From Callorhinchus milii (Eukaryota): 64,000 bases of DNA. Shown piece by piece: positions 25,161 to 37,300 of the stretch. Both the position numbers and the translations under genes were made by a program. How positions within the stretch are numbered: position 1 is the first letter of the stretch; every line of letters starts with the position of its first letter. Under the pieces are notes generated by a model. The model was not told the origin of the DNA. It worked only from the letters and a program-made list of their open reading frames with translations, and ran no database searches. The stretch covers positions 89,406,001-89,470,000 of the forward strand of contig NW_024704743.1 of NCBI RefSeq assembly GCF_018977255.1, read 5' to 3'.

Positions 25161-25862
25161 CAACAACAACAACAACAACAACAAGATTCCATTTATAGAG
25201 CGCCTTTCACGTCGGGAGGACGTCCCAAGGCGCTGTACAGTTGGGTCAGGACCCGAGCAGGGGGGAAATGGTCAGGGTGAGGGGAGGGAAGGGAGGGAGC
25301 GAGGAGGGGGTAGAGAGTCGAGAGGGGAGCTGAAGGCACGGTCAAAGAGAAAGGACTTGAGACCGGCCTTGAAGGAGGAAAGGGAGGAGGCAAGGCGAAG
25401 GCACTGGGGGATAGAGTTCCAGAGCCTCGGGGCTGAGAGGCTGAAGGCCCAGCCACCGATGGTAGGGCGGTTGGGGCGGGGGATGTGGAGCAGACCGGAG
25501 CCAGAGGAACGGAGGGTATGGGCAGGTAAGTAGGGGGATAGTAGGTCGGAGAGGTAGGAGGGAGCAAGGCCATGAATGGCCTTGTAGATGAGGACGAGGA
25601 TCTTGAAATCGATCCTCTGGGGGATGGGGAGCCAGTGGAGGCGAGCGAGGGTGGGAGTGATGTGGTCGCGAAGCCTGGTGCGGGACAGTACACAAGCTGC
25701 AGAGTTCTGAATGACCTGCAGCTTGTGGAGGGAGGTGGCGGGAAGGCCGGCGAGGAGAGAGTTCCCATAGTCCAGCCTTAAGGTGATAAAGGCGTGGACC
25801 AGAGTTTCAGCAGCGTGAGGCGTGAGGTAGTGCCGTAGTCTGGCGACATTCTGGAGGTGATG
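25161..25862 (-). mobile_element. Young L2 LINE 3' fragment (subfamily with aagattccatttatagagcg tail)
   Basis: (AAC)n tail directly abuts the truncated end of the previous copy; CpG-rich; nearly identical to the copies at 39905-40680. Confidence 0.93.
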
Positions 25863-26139
25863 GAAAAAATTTGATTTTTATAGCACATTCAATAATTATG
25901 TAATCTGTTATGAAACACTGTGTTTTTCACTCCAATAGCTCATTGTTTAAAAACATTTTGAGAAATTTCAACATGATAAAACACTGTACAAATGATGGAA
26001 AAAAGAGAAGGCTGGCAGAGGGACTCCTCTGTCATCTGATGGTATAAATTTAAAACTGCTAAGAGGATCAAATCATGCGAACCTTGCAGATAGGGTAAGG
26101 TGACAATAAAAGAGGTAAGTCACAGGCTTGCTTTTTGAA

Positions 26140-26822
26140 TGGTTAGAGTGTCCTGGAGTACTGTCACCTCCGCAACAACACTCAGCTCCACCATTGTCTC
26201 TCACCGCATGTCGCCAAGATTCATAACACACGCATTCATAACCTCCAGTCTCGGTGACGCAAACTTCTTGCTTGTCAGCCTCCCCAACTCCTCCCTCCCC
26301 AGGCTGCAGATCATCGAGAACTCTGCAGCCCATCTCCTCTCCCACACCAGGCTCCGTGACCCTATCACCCCTATCCTCGCCCAACTCTACTGGCTTCCCA
26401 TCACACAGAGGATTCAGTTCAAGATCCTGGTCCTCACCTTGAAAGCTCTTCATGGCCTTGCTTCCCCCTACCTCTGCAGCTTCCTAAACCCCTATCAACC
26501 TGTCCACTCCCTTTGCTCAGCAGGCACTGGCCTGCTTCACCCGCCCCACCATTGGCGGACGGGCCTTCAGCCACTCTACCCTCACCCTCTGGAACTTCAT
26601 CCCGCAGACCTTCCATCTCGTCCCCTCCCTTTCCTCCTTCAAGACCTGTCTCAAGGCCCTCCTCTTCAACTGTACCTTCGGTCACCCTCCTTTCCCACCT
26701 GCCCTCCACCCTCCTCGATCCCGACCCCCAGCTCGGGTCCAAACCACTGACTGTCCAGCGCCTTGGGACATCCTCCTGACGTGAAAGGCGCTATACAAAT
26801 GTAATTTTTTTGTTGTTGTTGT
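26140..26822 (+). mobile_element. L2 LINE 3' fragment
   Basis: ORF HAFITSSL...RLQIIENSAAHLL..TR.RDPITPILAQLYWLPITQRIQFKILVL; tail gacgtgaaaggcgctatacaaatgtaa...(ttg)n. Confidence 0.93.
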
Positions 26823-27457
26823 AGATGTAAGGGTCGAGTGTCAATTCTGTGAGTTGAATGGATGACTGTAGCTGTAGATGCATGATCTCTGTTCTGTTTA
26901 AGACATCACCGATGCATTCAGTGGATGGCAGCTTATGAAGTAAGTGTGGTACTGCTGTGTATGAAGTAAAGTACGTTAAGTGCTTATTATGTTGAGTGAT
27001 AAGCAAATTGAATGCCAAATACTCCATTAGTTACAACAACTTGCATTTATATAGCACCCCTCACGCACTGTAGCGTCCCAGAGCGCTCGTTAAAAGGAAA
27101 TCAATAGAAAAAGGGGTGACTTTCAATTATAATTTTTATATAGCACCTCTAATGTGGAAACATCTCAAAGATAATTGCAGTCAAGTACAGTGACTCTGTA
27201 CACAAATAAATACAGATTATGGGAGCTCATTTATATCTGTGATAGACTGATAGGTTGCAACTTGAATATGTATGATTGACTCATGGCAGTCTTTTATTTC
27301 AGTTAACAAAACTTTTGTTAAAGATCATTGCTAAAGTGATTTTCGTTGGGGAAAAGACATTAAATTATGAAATACATCACAAAGACTGTTGAGCTCTGGC
27401 ACTGTTGAGCAATAGTTAATTACAGTTAATAATCATGATCCAAAGCTCTGAAAAATT

Positions 27458-27745
27458 ATAATAATAATCCTTGCATTTGTTAAAGTGCTTTATCAGGCCA
27501 TTGACACTTCTCAAAGTGCTTCAAAGAATATACTGTAAAGCGAATTGACTATTTTCGGGCAAAACACAGTAGCCAATTCCAACAACAGTGTCCCACAAAC
27601 AGTCGTGCATTGAGTGACTAAATTATTATTTATTCAATTATTTTCAAGGGATTATTACCCCCGGAAAAGCGATCCTCCAAACAACCAGGTTACGATTTAT
27701 CGCTAGGTAAATAGAGGCATGTGAAGTAAGGAAACTTGCCTAACA
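27458..27745 (-). mobile_element. tRNA-headed SINE long variant, head missing
   Basis: ataataatccttgcatttg tail; central cccggaaaagcgatc...aaccagg...gctaggtaaatagaggcatgtg block. Confidence 0.8.
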
Positions 27746-29124
27746 TTTATTATTTATTATAATAAAATAATATTGTAGAATATGAAGCCCTCCCATTTTA
27801 GGAAAGCATTTTCAGTTTGGGATGAGTCATTAGCTAACATTCGATAGAAATCAGCACATATTGAATACAACTAGTGAGTCAGGTATTAAAGTGAATTTAA
27901 ACATCTCAGAGGTAGTTGATGTGAAGTACAGTACTTGTGTATTTGTAAGCAAATACCCTTATGAATAATACTCCAATGAATATTTTGGCTAGATTATTGT
28001 TGTATCTGAATTCTTCCTGATTCTTCAGTGGAACAAATAATATCCCACTCAGCTATAGAGAACAGCATGATCTTAGACTTTACTCTTATCTTTATTGTTA
28101 ACCCACCTCAGTGAGGCCAGCAGAAAGATGGCTGCAAAGGCTTCAAAGCCAACCAGAATTCCTACTCCTGATTTCTCTCCTTTGAGCTTTGCTGGAAGTG
28201 AGTGAGGTGAAGCTGGTTGAGGGCAAGATCTAAGATGAATGAATCAATATTTTAATGTGCAGATTCTAAGGTAAAATTAAAGATGCCCATCATAATCATG
28301 GTCTGATAGACAGACACCTTGTAAATTGTAACTAGGTACTTTAATCTGCTACCATGTGCAAAATGAACAAGTCAAGTTGAAACACAGCTGTGGCTGTCAG
28401 TATTTATCGCTCAATGTTCTTCATAGTACCATAGAGTCAAAAACATTTACAGCACAGTGAAGGTCATTTAGCTCATCTGTCTGGGCTTTCTGAAAGAACT
28501 ATCTTCTTGTGATTTGAGGCACTTAATATTGCTGGATAATGAAAAATGTTTTGTATTAACATATAATATAAACTGGAATGAATGCATAGGTTAATACTGA
28601 ATTTTAGGCACTATTCTGAAAGAGAAATTTTAATGTGCCCTTATATCACAATCGCTATTTCCCCATATCACAAAAAAACTAAATAATAGTGTACAAATTC
28701 TTCAAAGTGTAGGATTCAGTAGATTGAAGAAATTTCAAAAGTCAGCCTATACCCGAGAAAGATCTTATTATACAAGCGCTCTGAAACTCTACCCTATGTG
28801 GAGGGTGCTATATAAGTGCAAATTGCTGATGTTGGATATACTTTCCCCTTGTATCAGAAGGCAGGCTGTTCAAAATTTAGACATGGATAGGATATTTGAG
28901 ACATTTCAAAGATGTGATAAAGCGCTATATCAAATGCAAGGCTTATTATTATTGTTTTAAGCTTCAAAAATACCTCTGCTCAGTCAGTAAGAGGCTCCAA
29001 CAGCCCAATAAGCTTATTAGACTCTCCCACATTGATTCAAAACAAGGGTGCTTAGGAACAGTGGAATGATTAATGAAGATATTTTCAAATTGAGTATCAC
29101 ATTCCTAACACTGCAATTCTATCT

Positions 29125-29600
29125 ATCCAGAACTCTGCAGCTTGTTCTTCTCCCACACCAGGCTCTGCAAACTTATCACCCCCATCTGCATTTGGCTCCA
29201 CACTATCCCTCAGCAGATCGAGTTTAAGATGCTCGTTCTCATGTTTAAATTGATCTTTGCCCACTCTACCTCTGCGACCTCCTCCAACCTCACTGACCCA
29301 ACCATTCCTTTTGTTCAGTGCACAATGACCTGCTTCATGTCCGCCAACCTGCCTGACCCAGCATCAGTGAATTGGCTTTCAGCCATTCTGACACTGCTCT
29401 CTGGGACTTCATCCTGGAGTCCCTCCAACTCATTCCCTCCCACCCCTCTTTTAAGTCACATCTTAAAATGTACCTCATTGACTTCAATTTTGGATACTTT
29501 CCCCAAAGCTCCCACTTCCAGCTTGGGTGCCCAGTAGCATTGTTAAGTTTTGAGATGTCCTCCTGACATGAAAGGTGCTGTATGAATGTAAATTGTAATG
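29125..29600 (+). mobile_element. Older L2 LINE 3' fragment
   Basis: HTRLCKLITPI..WLH..PQQIEFKMLVL; tail gagatgtcctcctgacatgaaaggtgctgtatgaatgtaa. Confidence 0.8.
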
Positions 29601-31747
29601 TAACTGCTATTTTTGGGGAAAGCGAGGATCATGAATAGAAGCTGAGAATTTTGATGTGGAGACACAGTGGAGGGATTACAAATGAATACAGGCCCAGTAC
29701 CGTCTTATAGTTACATTGCTTTCATCAGTTGAACAACCGAACAGTGTCCTGGAGAAAAATAATTGGTAGCTGAGATGCATAACGACAGGATAAACAAGGA
29801 CATCATTAAGAAGTTCTTGTTTGACCAGAATCATGAAGCAATTTTGCAAAAGATACCTATTTAATGTTTCCGGCTCCCGAAGATCCTGAAAGGGGATGGA
29901 AGAAACTACAGATCACTTTTGTTCTCTTGGTGACATTTCCCATGAAATGTTCGACAGTGATAATAGCATGACATAGCCCAAAGAACATTGCGGAAATTGA
30001 TCTTGCAATACTGCAACTTATGCCCACCAATTTGTACACTGTTCAGCCAGCACTTCCTCCTTGCCTGGTGACATTTTAAATGAAAGTCACACAAATACAA
30101 CTCAGCACATTTTAGTCAAACTTTCAGAAGATCCCTCAGCACTCTTGCATGAAGAGTGCCATATACATGTAAGTTGTTGTTGCTTGGTGAGTGGTGCTAA
30201 AAGTGTTTTGAGGTAACACACGAATTACCAAAACTCAGTGGAAATTCACATATTAGATGAATATCCTGTTAAATAGACAATTAAAAGATGATGATTAAAT
30301 ACTCCATGGGGCACTGTTATGGTTTGTGTCCCTTCTGGAACTTGAGAAATGCAGTCTGTGGAAAGCAACTGGTTAGGACAGAGGAAAGCAGAATTGCAAT
30401 GTTGGAGTTACATTAGATTACTTTTGGGAGCCTGGAGAAACTTTACAGAACTTCATTTTCACTGAATGTTTACCTGAGGTTGTTCATCTCCATCAGGAAA
30501 TTCAATACACTGAGTCAGGTAGAGTTTATGTCAGTGAAAATTCTACATGGGTGAACCAACAAGCTCAGGGATTTCATTGCTTCTCCTATACTTTTTTATA
30601 TTCTTAAATTAGTAGAAGGACGTTTAGCCAATTAGAACTTTTAATTCAACCTTTTATAAGGTTCCCAAATTATCTGTTGCATCTAATATAGCGCCTTTCA
30701 CATTAGGAGGATGTCTCAAACTGCTTCACAGGATTTACTGTAAAGGGTAGTGACTGCATTTTTAAGGTAAATGTGGCAGTCTGCATGCGGATATCAATAA
30801 ATTAATTGAATTTTGATGCTCTCAACCCAATTTTTTAAAAAGGGACTCCATGGTATAAAACTGACGAAAGTTTAGCACTGATGGCATTTTCAGCTGGAGA
30901 ATAGAAGGAAGGCTAAATGTAGGAAATGGAAACTGTGAAGTAAGGAATATTCATTTGAGGTTGACGTAAGTGCCAGTGAGGTCTAAAAATGCAGGTTGGG
31001 CTAACTGAATTTTCCTTCAGCTACACCTAGTATTTCCCTAAAAGCATTCCAGTGTTACCCCTTCTTTTAACTCACTGTGCTCCACAGGCTAGCTTCAGAC
31101 AAATATTTTGCGACAGTCATAAGGTCACAGGATAGTGGTACCTGCTGAAGAATTTAGTTATGGATATTTTTTTGAACAATATGGTAATTGACACTGATGT
31201 GAGTCATCATATTACAGGTCACAATTTTCATCCATTAAAGTGATTGAGAAACCTTGTGCTATGTATTAGTTTTACTGCAGATTTTCTTGCATTATTTTTG
31301 TAATGCCCTAGCTCTTGATTGCTTTTTTGGGCTGAATTGAGGGTAACCAGCTACTTTTTTCCTCCTGACCACAGTTGATCAATTATGTTAGGTTTAACTA
31401 CTGCTGGTCAGGAAATTCTCTGCTTCATTCACTGCTGACTCAATTCTATTCTGCTCATTCAAGCAAGTTATTGACAGTAATGTAGTAAGCATTTTCTTTT
31501 CAAGTAGTTACTTTAAAGTTGAAGTTATTGTCTTCTTTTCATGCAGCCTCTCAAGTCAGTACATTTTATCGCTAATCACTTCATTTAAGAAGTTCCTTCT
31601 GTTTCCAGCCTTGAACAAATGGAGAGTAACCACTCAAAGGAATGCACTACAGTTAAATCTTTATCCATCACACAAATCAGCTGAAACCAATCAATTAATT
31701 TTAATGGTATGCTACTTAAACTTGTATTGAAACTTATATTGAACACC

Positions 31748-32376
31748 AAAGGCCGCAGAAAAACCCTCATACACGCTTTCATTACATCGAGGCTCGACTA
31801 TATAATCTCACTGCTTGTCGGCCTCCCCAACTCCTCCCGCCACAGGCTGCAGATCATCCATTGCCCTTGCCCTCTCCTACACTAGGCTCCACGACCTTAT
31901 CATCCCCATCCTTGCCCAAATCCCCTGGCTTCCCATCACACAGAGGATACAGTTCAAGATCCTGGTCCTAACCTTCAAAGCCATCCATGGTCTTGCTCCC
32001 CCCTACCTCTCCGACCTCCTAACCCCTTACCATCCTGTTCGCTCCCTCCACTCAACGGGCTCTGGCCAGCTTCTGGCCAGTCCCCCGCCTTGCTCGCCCC
32101 ATTATCGGCGGGTGGGCCTTCCACCACTCTGCACTCACCCTCTGGAACTCCATCCCACAGTCCCTCCATCTCAACCCTCCCTCACCACCTTCAAGAACCA
32201 CCTTAAGACCCTCTTCTTCAACCGTGCTTTTGATCTCACAGCTTCCCCCCCTGCCCACTCCCCTCCCCCACCCTGAACCTCAGCTCGGGTCTGAAACTCT
32301 GTCTGTCCAGCACCTTGGGATGTCCTCCTGACGTGAAAGGCGCTATACAAATGTAATTTTGTTGTTGTTGTTGTTG
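31748..32376 (+). mobile_element. L2 LINE 3' fragment
   Basis: AETLIHAFITSRLDY-type sequence, PITQRIQFKILVLTFKAIHGLAPPYLSDLL, (TTG)n tail. Confidence 0.93.
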
Positions 32377-32999
32377 AACGTTGTTATGAAAGCAATCGGT
32401 TTATTTATGCATTCGATATTTTGGTTCTGAATAAGGTAATATTATTGGACACACAGTTGATAAGAAAATACATCTCATTCCTGTGAAATTAGTATACATC
32501 TGTCTCCCTACCACTGTCACATCTCCTTTACTGAGGCACATTAATTGTGGTAATATACTGGCAATCTGCTATATGGAGTAGAAAAGTATAAGTATCCTAC
32601 AGACATGTCTTTTGGCCTACTACCCAGCACTACATTTGTAACGATGGAGCAATAAATTGGTGAGTAAGCACGGCTTAAAAGAGTGTCAGAAAAAGTTAAT
32701 ACAATGTTTTTTAAATAGGAAATGTCTTGAATTGATGGTGAGTCTTTGTACGGTACCAGTCCCATTGTTAAAATCAGTGCTAAAGATTATGCAATAAGCA
32801 GCGTCAACCCACTCCACAAACTGAACCCAGATTAATGTCATACTTCGTACAAGTGATTCATTCCATTTAAATTAAGGCACCAAACAAATACACTGCCATG
32901 CGTTAGATTATTTTAATCAACCCAGTTACCAGTGGATTGTTGTTTCCAAATGAAAAGATAGAGCAAACTAATCAGAATTTCAATAAACAATCAATATGG

Positions 33000-33255
33000 A
33001 GGATGTTTGGCCAGAACACGAGATGAAACACTCTTCTGTTTGCAAACAGTGTCATACAACGTTTAAAGTGAGCAGGCAGATGGGACCCCAGTTTAACAGC
33101 TCAATTTAAGGACAGCACCTCTGTCAATATAGTGCACCCCCAGTACTGCACTGAAATATCAGCCTACTTCTAAACTCAAATTTCAATATCGAGGTTGAAC
33201 CGACAACCTTCTGATCCGGAGATGAAAGTGCTAACAAATAAACCACACTGATACA
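33000..33255 (-). mobile_element. Deu-domain SINE fragment
   Basis: gacagcacctc...cccagtactgcactgaaatatcagcct...caaccttctgatccggagatgaaagtgcta. Confidence 0.7.
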
Positions 33256-33630
33256 ACAGTGTCATTCTGGTACATTTCTTTATTTGGTGGAAATAGTGCA
33301 ATTCTGTAATAGCATATTCCACAAAGCACATGAACACAAAGTAACTTTCAAAATTGGGGCCATATGTGAGAGATACTCATTCATTTATCAAACGGAAGAG
33401 AATGCTCATATTCTTGCTTCTCAGGAAAAAGGAAATAATGCATTAGCCCCACTATGAATTTCTATAAAAGACTTTTTGTAATATTGTACCATTGAAAGAA
33501 AGTAGAATATCATAAGGTTTCGAAACTTTATAAAATATTGTAAATTTCAATTGATTTCTTCTGCATGTTTTACCACCACGTTCAAAACCACTTTGAAACC
33601 CATCAGATTTAGAAGTACAGCAATAGTACA

Positions 33631-33923
33631 TAATAATAATAATCATTGCATTTGATATAGCACTTTTCACATCTTCTAGAATACTGTAAAGTGAATTGAC
33701 AGTATATTTGTGGGCGAAACGCAGCAGCCAATAGCGCACAGCAGTGTCCCACAAACAGTGGTGGATTAAAATGACTTATTTTATTATTGGTGTTTTTTCT
33801 TGAGGGATTATTATCAGCCGTGTGGAGTAAAGAAATTTGCCCAAGGTTTCACCCTGCCGGGAATTGAACTCAGGTCTCTCGCTTGCGAGGCAAGTGCTCT
33901 AACCACTGAGCTACAGGACTCCA
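33631..33923 (-). mobile_element. tRNA-headed SINE, short variant
   Basis: Reverse complement of the 7321 family; ends ctaaccactgagctacaggactcca. Confidence 0.9.
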
Positions 33924-34156
33924 TACACTCTTATCTTATGATGAAAGGGAAATAGTCAAAGATTTTGTGCGTACCAGAATCTGTCGGCTTTTTCCTATGG
34001 GAATTGAGAGGAACTCACTCCCTTCCAAAGTCCAGTAGCATATCCTGACCCTCAGCATTGCTACTGAAGTTAATAAGAAGGCAAATTATAATACCAGAAG
34101 AATGTCTTTTAAGCAATGTGCCCTCCTGACCCTGAGGTCATTTTTTTTGTCAGCCG

Positions 34157-34330
34157 GGTGTCTGACACATGCAGAAACCCATCACCATACTTAAGAGTAT
34201 CCAAACCAAACTGAGAATTCCATGTATCCCACCTACACATGGAAATCCCAGAGATAAATTGTTGGAATGGAATGCACTCTCTCTCCCTGGAGGAACACAT
34301 CCTGTTTACCTAATTCCAGAAAGTATAGGC
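34157..34330 (+). repeat. Unclassified ~175-bp dispersed repeat, copy 1
   Basis: Closely similar to 42996-43168 (gtgtctgacacatgc.gaaacccatcac.at.cttaagagtatccaaaccaaact...cctaattccagaaagtat). Confidence 0.85.
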
Positions 34331-34433
34331 GCCTGAAGTAATTATTAAATGAAACTCATTGGCACTGCTGTGAAATAATAAAGGTAAATGCTATGTTATA
34401 TGTTAATATTATGACATTTGATGGAAGTATTAA

Positions 34434-35353
34434 TCTATACTAATAAAGATGAAGTGTCTGTCTGTGTGTCAGTGTATCCGACAATCGCGCAATAACCAAT
34501 TGACGTAGAGACATGATTTATACCTCATCGAAAAGATCTTGCAGCTGGCATTTTTTTGGGGAGGGATCTCCTATTGTTGATGAGCTATATTAAAACATGC
34601 TTTAATTAAGCCCCAAAATATGAAGCATGTATCTTATTCTGTAACTATGTAACGACAGAGGAAGGCACCATTCAAAGTGATACGTCTATATTCTGCAACA
34701 AATAAATGGCACTTTTTCTGGTTGTCATGGGAACTAGAGTGAGACTGGAGGGAGAGAGACTGAGATAGTGAGAGAACTGAGAAGGAGAAAGAGAGACTGA
34801 GCGAGAGAGATTGTGAGAGAGAATGAGATAGTGAGTGAGACCGAGAGAGACAGAGAGAGAAACTGTGTGTGTGTGAAAGAAAGAGAGAGATTGAGATAGT
34901 GAGAGAGACTGAGAGAGACAGGGAGAGAGAATACATTATAAAGTGTAGTGACTGTGTTTTCAGGTCCTGACTATGTGAGAGTCAGGTCCTGATCCTCGAC
35001 TGTTCAGCACCTTGGGACATTCTCTTGACGTGAAAAGAGCTTTACAAATGAAATTTTGTTGTTATTGTCTTGTGGGAGAGAAGAAAAAGACTGAGAGAGA
35101 GACAGACTTAGAGAGAGACTGAGAGAGAGAGAGAGAGAGCGAGAGACTGGGAGAGAGAGATTGAGAGACTGAGAGAGAAAATATATTAAAGGAATCCTTC
35201 CACTGAGTCCTCCCAAAGGAGCATTCCCACAGAAGTCCTCCCAGCTGAGTCCCAGCTAAATGAAATGTCTGTCTGTGCGTCTGTCTGTGTGTCAATTTAC
35301 ATTCCATATTGGATCTTTTGGCTGCAAGCGAAGCTGCAGTGGGGTACAGCTAG
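34434..35353 (+). mobile_element. Non-autonomous Helitron-like element with internal (GA)n tracts and an L2 tail fragment
   Basis: 5' a|TCtatactaataaa followed by tgtctgtctgt; 3' GC-rich hairpin ctgca(a)gc-gaa-gctgcag (35322-35339), 10-nt spacer, then CTAG (35350-35353). Confidence 0.7.
34735..35180. repeat. Two degenerate (GA)n microsatellites (about 34735-34930 and 35090-35180)
   Basis: gagagagact/gagagaga runs; source of the SLSLSL ORFs. Confidence 0.9.
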
Positions 35354-35672
35354 CAGATGATAAATTGATAACCACTTTTGAAACCACTTGATTACTCACG
35401 ATAAACACTCAATGGACATTATCCACATCCTGACATTATGAAAACTGCTTTTTTTTTAAATCCAATATAAAATGTTATTGAAATCAAAGTGGCAGAAAAG
35501 CTGAATGAGGAGTTAAATTCTGAGTGAAATATCAACTAAGGAATCAATACGGACAGGCCAAAGCCTTGATCATCATAATTGCTTTAATTGCTGTATAAAA
35601 AATACAACTTTAATTACTGTAATGTTTTTCAGAATGTCTTTCATTCACTGGTATGATTCTCTTATCTCAAAG

Positions 35673-35678
35673 TTTATT
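35673..35678 (-). promoter_or_regulatory. Candidate polyadenylation signal (AATAAA) of the CNBD1-like gene
   Basis: tttatt on the + strand, about 330 nt downstream of the stop codon at 36009. Confidence 0.4.
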
Positions 35679-36008
35679 CTTCTCCCCCACCCACACTCCC
35701 AAAGCGAAGAGGATCATTAGAAACCACTTGTAATTGAGCGCAGATTTTCTGACTTGCACTTGGTATTATAGAGCGGTAAAGAGAGATGATCATGAAAAGT
35801 CACGTATTCTACCATCGTTAGAACACGAATCAACTGAGGTTGTGGGAGGGAGGCCATGGCAAAGGAAATGGTTGGAGAGAGATACAAGTAATATTAATGT
35901 AGCTTTCTATTCTATAAGAAGAAAGCCTTTTTTGGTGAATTCAAAGTGTTGAATGACAATCAAATGACTTTGTATCCACCCTGCCCCTCCAACCTTTGTA
36001 ATGTGGTG

Positions 36009-36131
36009 TCATTGTGGAGTGTGGAGGCATTTCTTTTTTGGAGTGATTTTTTTCTTAATCAAGTGATGGTTCCATTTTCCAAAGCCAGGAAATATTCCGT
36101 TGTATAACAGGGTTTCCTGTATTACTTTTTC
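36009..36131 (-). CDS. CNBD1: CNBD1-like terminal coding exon EKVIQETLLYNGIFPGFGKWNHHLIKKKITPKKKCLHTPQ*
   Basis: Strong acceptor ttttctttttctccacttcag, phase 0, 123 nt to TGA; NGI.PG.GKW motif recalled from CNBD1 C-termini. Confidence 0.85.
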   Translation of the reverse strand, partial: EKVIQETLLYNGIFPGFGKWNHHLIKKKITPKKKCLHTPQ

Positions 36132-37159
36132 CTGAAGTGGAGAAAAAGAAAATGGAAATTCAAATGCAATTTGAGAACAGTAATTTGTCTCCGGAGTATT
36201 CTCTCACCACTATACAGGACTGCTTTTGTCTTAAATGGCAATTATTCTTTGTTAAAGAACTGGTATATACTACTGATACATACATAAATAAATTAAATAA
36301 CAAAACAATAATCAACTGTTCAAGAAAAATCAATTCACTGTTCCTTGTTGGTTTATTACAAGTGTCTGGGACTTACAACCTTCTGAACCACATCACCCAT
36401 CTGAGGCTCCAAACACATTTCAAAGAAAACACAATAAGATATTAATATATGAGATAGAGAAAATAAACCCAGAACAATACTTTCAGATATGCAAAGGCAG
36501 CAAGACAAAAGGGCACCGATTTAGAGTTCTGAAGAGGAATTATAGGACATACATCATGAAGTATTTCTTTACACAGATGGTAGACATGAGTTACCAAGAA
36601 GGGTAGTTGAGCCCTGGGCACTTCATCCAAATCTCTTGAAATCTTGAAATCCAAGATAGGCTGCAAGCAGGTGTCAGCCTGGCTTAGTTTGGTAACATTC
36701 ACACATCTGAGTCACAACATTGAGGAGTTAGGAGGTGAGCAGCTCTTCTCAAAATAGCCAGCCTCTGCCCTGTAGGCTGGGCTGGCCCTGTTAAGATGCT
36801 TGTGAACAGTGTGACATTATTGATGAATTCAAGAAATAATTGGTTGTTCCCAACCTAAAGTCCAGAAACAAAATATGTTAAATTTAATTGTGATTCATCA
36901 AATTGAATCAAACACATTGGGTCTGGGCAGGGTTTATTTTTGACTCAGTTCCCTTTCTATTCGTTTTAGTGCAAAGCTATTCACTACTATTGGTTTTTCC
37001 TGTTCATTTTTCAGACCATTTCTACATTTTTTAAAAAATAATCAAATAATCAAAATCTGAAAATACTTAGAATATACATTTTTAAAAATATTTTGATCAA
37101 TTCAACAGAGCGTAACTGAATTATTTAAGGGTTGAGGGTGGAATGGATTTGATTTGAAC

Positions 37160-37300
37160 ATAACGCAAATTACTGCAGATGCTGGAAATCTGAAAACAAA
37201 AACAGAAGTCGCTGGGAACAATCAGCAGGAACAATCAGCATCTATGGAGAAAGGAAAGTGAGTCAACCTTTTGGGCCCACGACTCTTCATCAGAACTGGC
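37160..37300 (-). mobile_element. Penelope-like element terminal fragment
   Basis: actgcagatgctggaaatctgaaa...cagcatctatggaga...agtcaacc...gactcttcatcagaactgg; the minus strand carries ctgatgaagagtc...ggcccaaaagg. Confidence 0.65.

Noticed and set aside
25129..26779. Long Pro/Ser- or Gly/Arg-rich ORFs (up to 203 aa)
   Set aside because: Alternative frames of GC-rich L2 3' fragments.
29857..29885. 29-nt minus-strand micro-exon (good acceptor, AG|gtatct donor)
   Set aside because: No partner exon or recognisable peptide; cannot be distinguished from chance.
34634..35307. SLSLSL-rich ORFs
   Set aside because: Translations of (GA)n microsatellites.
36137..36445. Plus-strand 102-aa ORF MEKKKMEIQ...
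   Set aside because: Begins in the reverse complement of the CNBD1 acceptor pyrimidine tract; AT-rich chance ORF.
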